A stretch of DNA of 64,000 bases from Macrostomum lignano (taxonomy: Eukaryota): the NCBI GenBank assembly GCA_002269645.1, contig NIVC01002389.1:62001-126000 (forward strand). Reading direction: 5' to 3'. Both the position numbers and the translations under genes were made by a program. Within the stretch, counting starts at the first letter, position 1, and every line of letters starts with the position of its first letter. The notes under the pieces are model-generated. The model saw nothing but the letters and a program-made list of their open reading frames with translations, did not search any database and was not told the DNA's origin. Of this stretch, positions 62,304 through 64,000 are shown piece after piece.

Positions 62304-64000
62304 AGCAGCCGAATGTGACCAAATGGGAGACTATAGTTAGGGCTCAGCCAAGCGCGCTTGTCTTCCCAAATGCTTAAGGCACACTTCCGCTGCTGCAAAG
62401 TGTACAGTCGGTGATGGATGCTGGCAATACGATGAACAACGACAGAATGGCTGCAGAGCTCATTGAACACCCTTAGGTAGTCACTGTGAGCCAGCTCTTT
62501 CTTAACAATGCATCCTTGAACTCCTTTGGCCTTCTTCTTTTCCGCGGCTTGGCTACTCGCCTTGAATGAGTAAAGCTTCGGCCTTAGGAGCAGCCACTCC
62601 TCAAAGCGAGCACCGGCTGCTTCATCCTTAATGCAGCCAAGTCGCGCTTTTAAATCATTCGAGAATAGCGCGTGCTCTTGAGGATAGTTTGAAGTGTCGA
62701 GCAGCTGCTTCGACTTCAACAGCGGTAGAACTTTAGACTGAACGCTCATGTTGCTGATTGAGAGAAAGAAAGAATCGGTATCACCACCGCATAGCTTGAT
62801 GACACCTCCATCGTTCTCTATCCAGGGCTTCAGTTTGTCGTAAAACAGCTCGTACATAATCATTTTCGAAAAGTCTAGGACGCATTGCCCGATAAAAATA
62901 GGCCGATCGAGCTTTAATTTTGTCTTTTGCAGTTCCAAAACGCTTAGTGAATCAGTAATTATGATAAAATTGGTAATTGTCGGCTTGGCAAGCAGTACCT
63001 TTACCTTTTCCACGTTGGTGCAGACTCGAATATCACGCCGCTTTCGCACATTCTCCATAGTTTTGCCGAATAGCGCGTTATTCTTTAACTTGTAGAAATC
63101 CTTTTCGAAGTTGGTTTTCGCTGCAGCCCGCTTCTGGCTATTTTTCTCGACGTAGGCAGCAAAGAGAGGCTCTTGGTGAAACTCAATCATGCGATTGATG
63201 CGTCTAACCCGCATTCCATGGTTCAGGTAGAACGCCAAAATAGAGGAATGAACCACATAGGAAGGCTTATCGTGACAAGTGAGCATCAGCTTCTCTGTCG
63301 GATGATAGGTGGAGTTCTCCGTACCGACCTTTTCCCACAGCTGCTGCATGTATTCAGGAAATTCCCTGAAATTCGGGGCAGCCTTTTCCGGTGCAAATGG
63401 TAGGTCTTCGGTGGTTTCGTGAATCTCTGGGGGATACTCAAGGTCAACATCAAAGAGGTAGGCGAGTGGATCGGTTAGCTTGAGTCCTCGAATGCGATCT
63501 TCAGTCCACAAAAGCAGCTCATCATCGTCCAGCCAACGGAATCCTCCGACTGGTAAGTTCATAGTGAGCGCCTGTCCATACAGGTTGTTTGCATCCACAG
63601 CAAGAAGCTCGGTGAGGCCAGCATGAATAGTAGGAGTGCCACCATCAACATCCTCATTGCTGTCAACACCAGTGCTGGCGCCCGCTGCTGAGGTAGCCTG
63701 CACTTTGTGGATGTTAACAAACGACATGCCGCCGCGAATGCCGCGCTCAAACAGCGAATACATCTGCGCATCTGTTAGCAGTTCAATCCCTGACTTGATG
63801 GATTTCAATGCCGAAGCGAATGATAGGCCTGGTGTCGAAATAAAATGGACTGGATCAAGGCCATCCTCTTGCATGCTGATCTTGCGAAAATTTTCAAAAA
63901 TATCAGCCAACTGCCTGATGTCGAGCTCGAGGTAGCACAGCATGTACTCTTTTAGATTTGAAACCTGAAATTCTCGCCAGGCGCGTTGAGCATGCTCATA
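62147..64000 (-). CDS. Protein-primed family B DNA polymerase (C-terminal ~617 aa; ORF is open past the window edge) with C-terminal polyQ
   Basis: ExoIII-region YLELDIRQL..FENFR; IRGG; motif A DANNLY; motif B KLKNNALFGK; motif C GGDTDS; KKAKGV; DKR...PFGH. Frame stays open to 64000. Confidence 0.95.
62177..62302. repeat. (CAG/CAA)n trinucleotide repeat, 42 codons, inside the PolB 3' end
   Basis: Q11-R-Q30 on the minus strand. Confidence 0.95.

Larger units (their letters stand above)
53311..64000. mobile_element. Endogenous Polinton/Maverick (adintovirus-like) element, left part; continues beyond the window
   Basis: Integrase, penton, MCP, adenain protease, A32-like ATPase and pPolB all present, intronless and tightly packed. 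AGTAGT, the usual Polinton terminus, at 53311-53316. Confidence 0.93.

Overview
Eukaryotic (animal) genomic DNA: GC-rich exons with GT-AG introns, separated by dense micro- and minisatellite arrays. The style is consistent with a flatworm such as Macrostomum, but this is inference only. Left to right: (1) a cluster of small two-exon secreted WSC + PAN/apple-like genes at 2.2-14.8 kb (two intact-looking copies, two damaged copies, one 5' relic), with a CAG-TSD MITE in one intron; (2) a satellite-rich spacer; (3) a CEP164 homologue on the minus strand (22.7-30.6 kb); (4) more satellites and an AT-rich, CpG-depleted block with decayed mariner transposases (39.7-44.6 kb); (5) a six-exon MPP/p55-family MAGUK gene (46.1-51.8 kb); (6) an endogenous Polinton/Maverick (adintovirus-like) element. 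The element starts at an AGTAGT terminus at 53311 and runs off the right edge. It encodes a tandem-PC4 protein, chromodomain integrase, penton, basic core-like protein, major capsid (one frameshift), adenain-like protease, packaging ATPase, two conserved Polinton ORFs, a DEDD-like protein, a clear TATA-binding-protein (TBP)-like ORF and a convergent protein-primed PolB with a 41-Gln tail. The most striking observation is the TBP-like plus double-PC4 basal-transcription module carried by this virus-like element. All assignments are from manual motif recognition; no searches were run.
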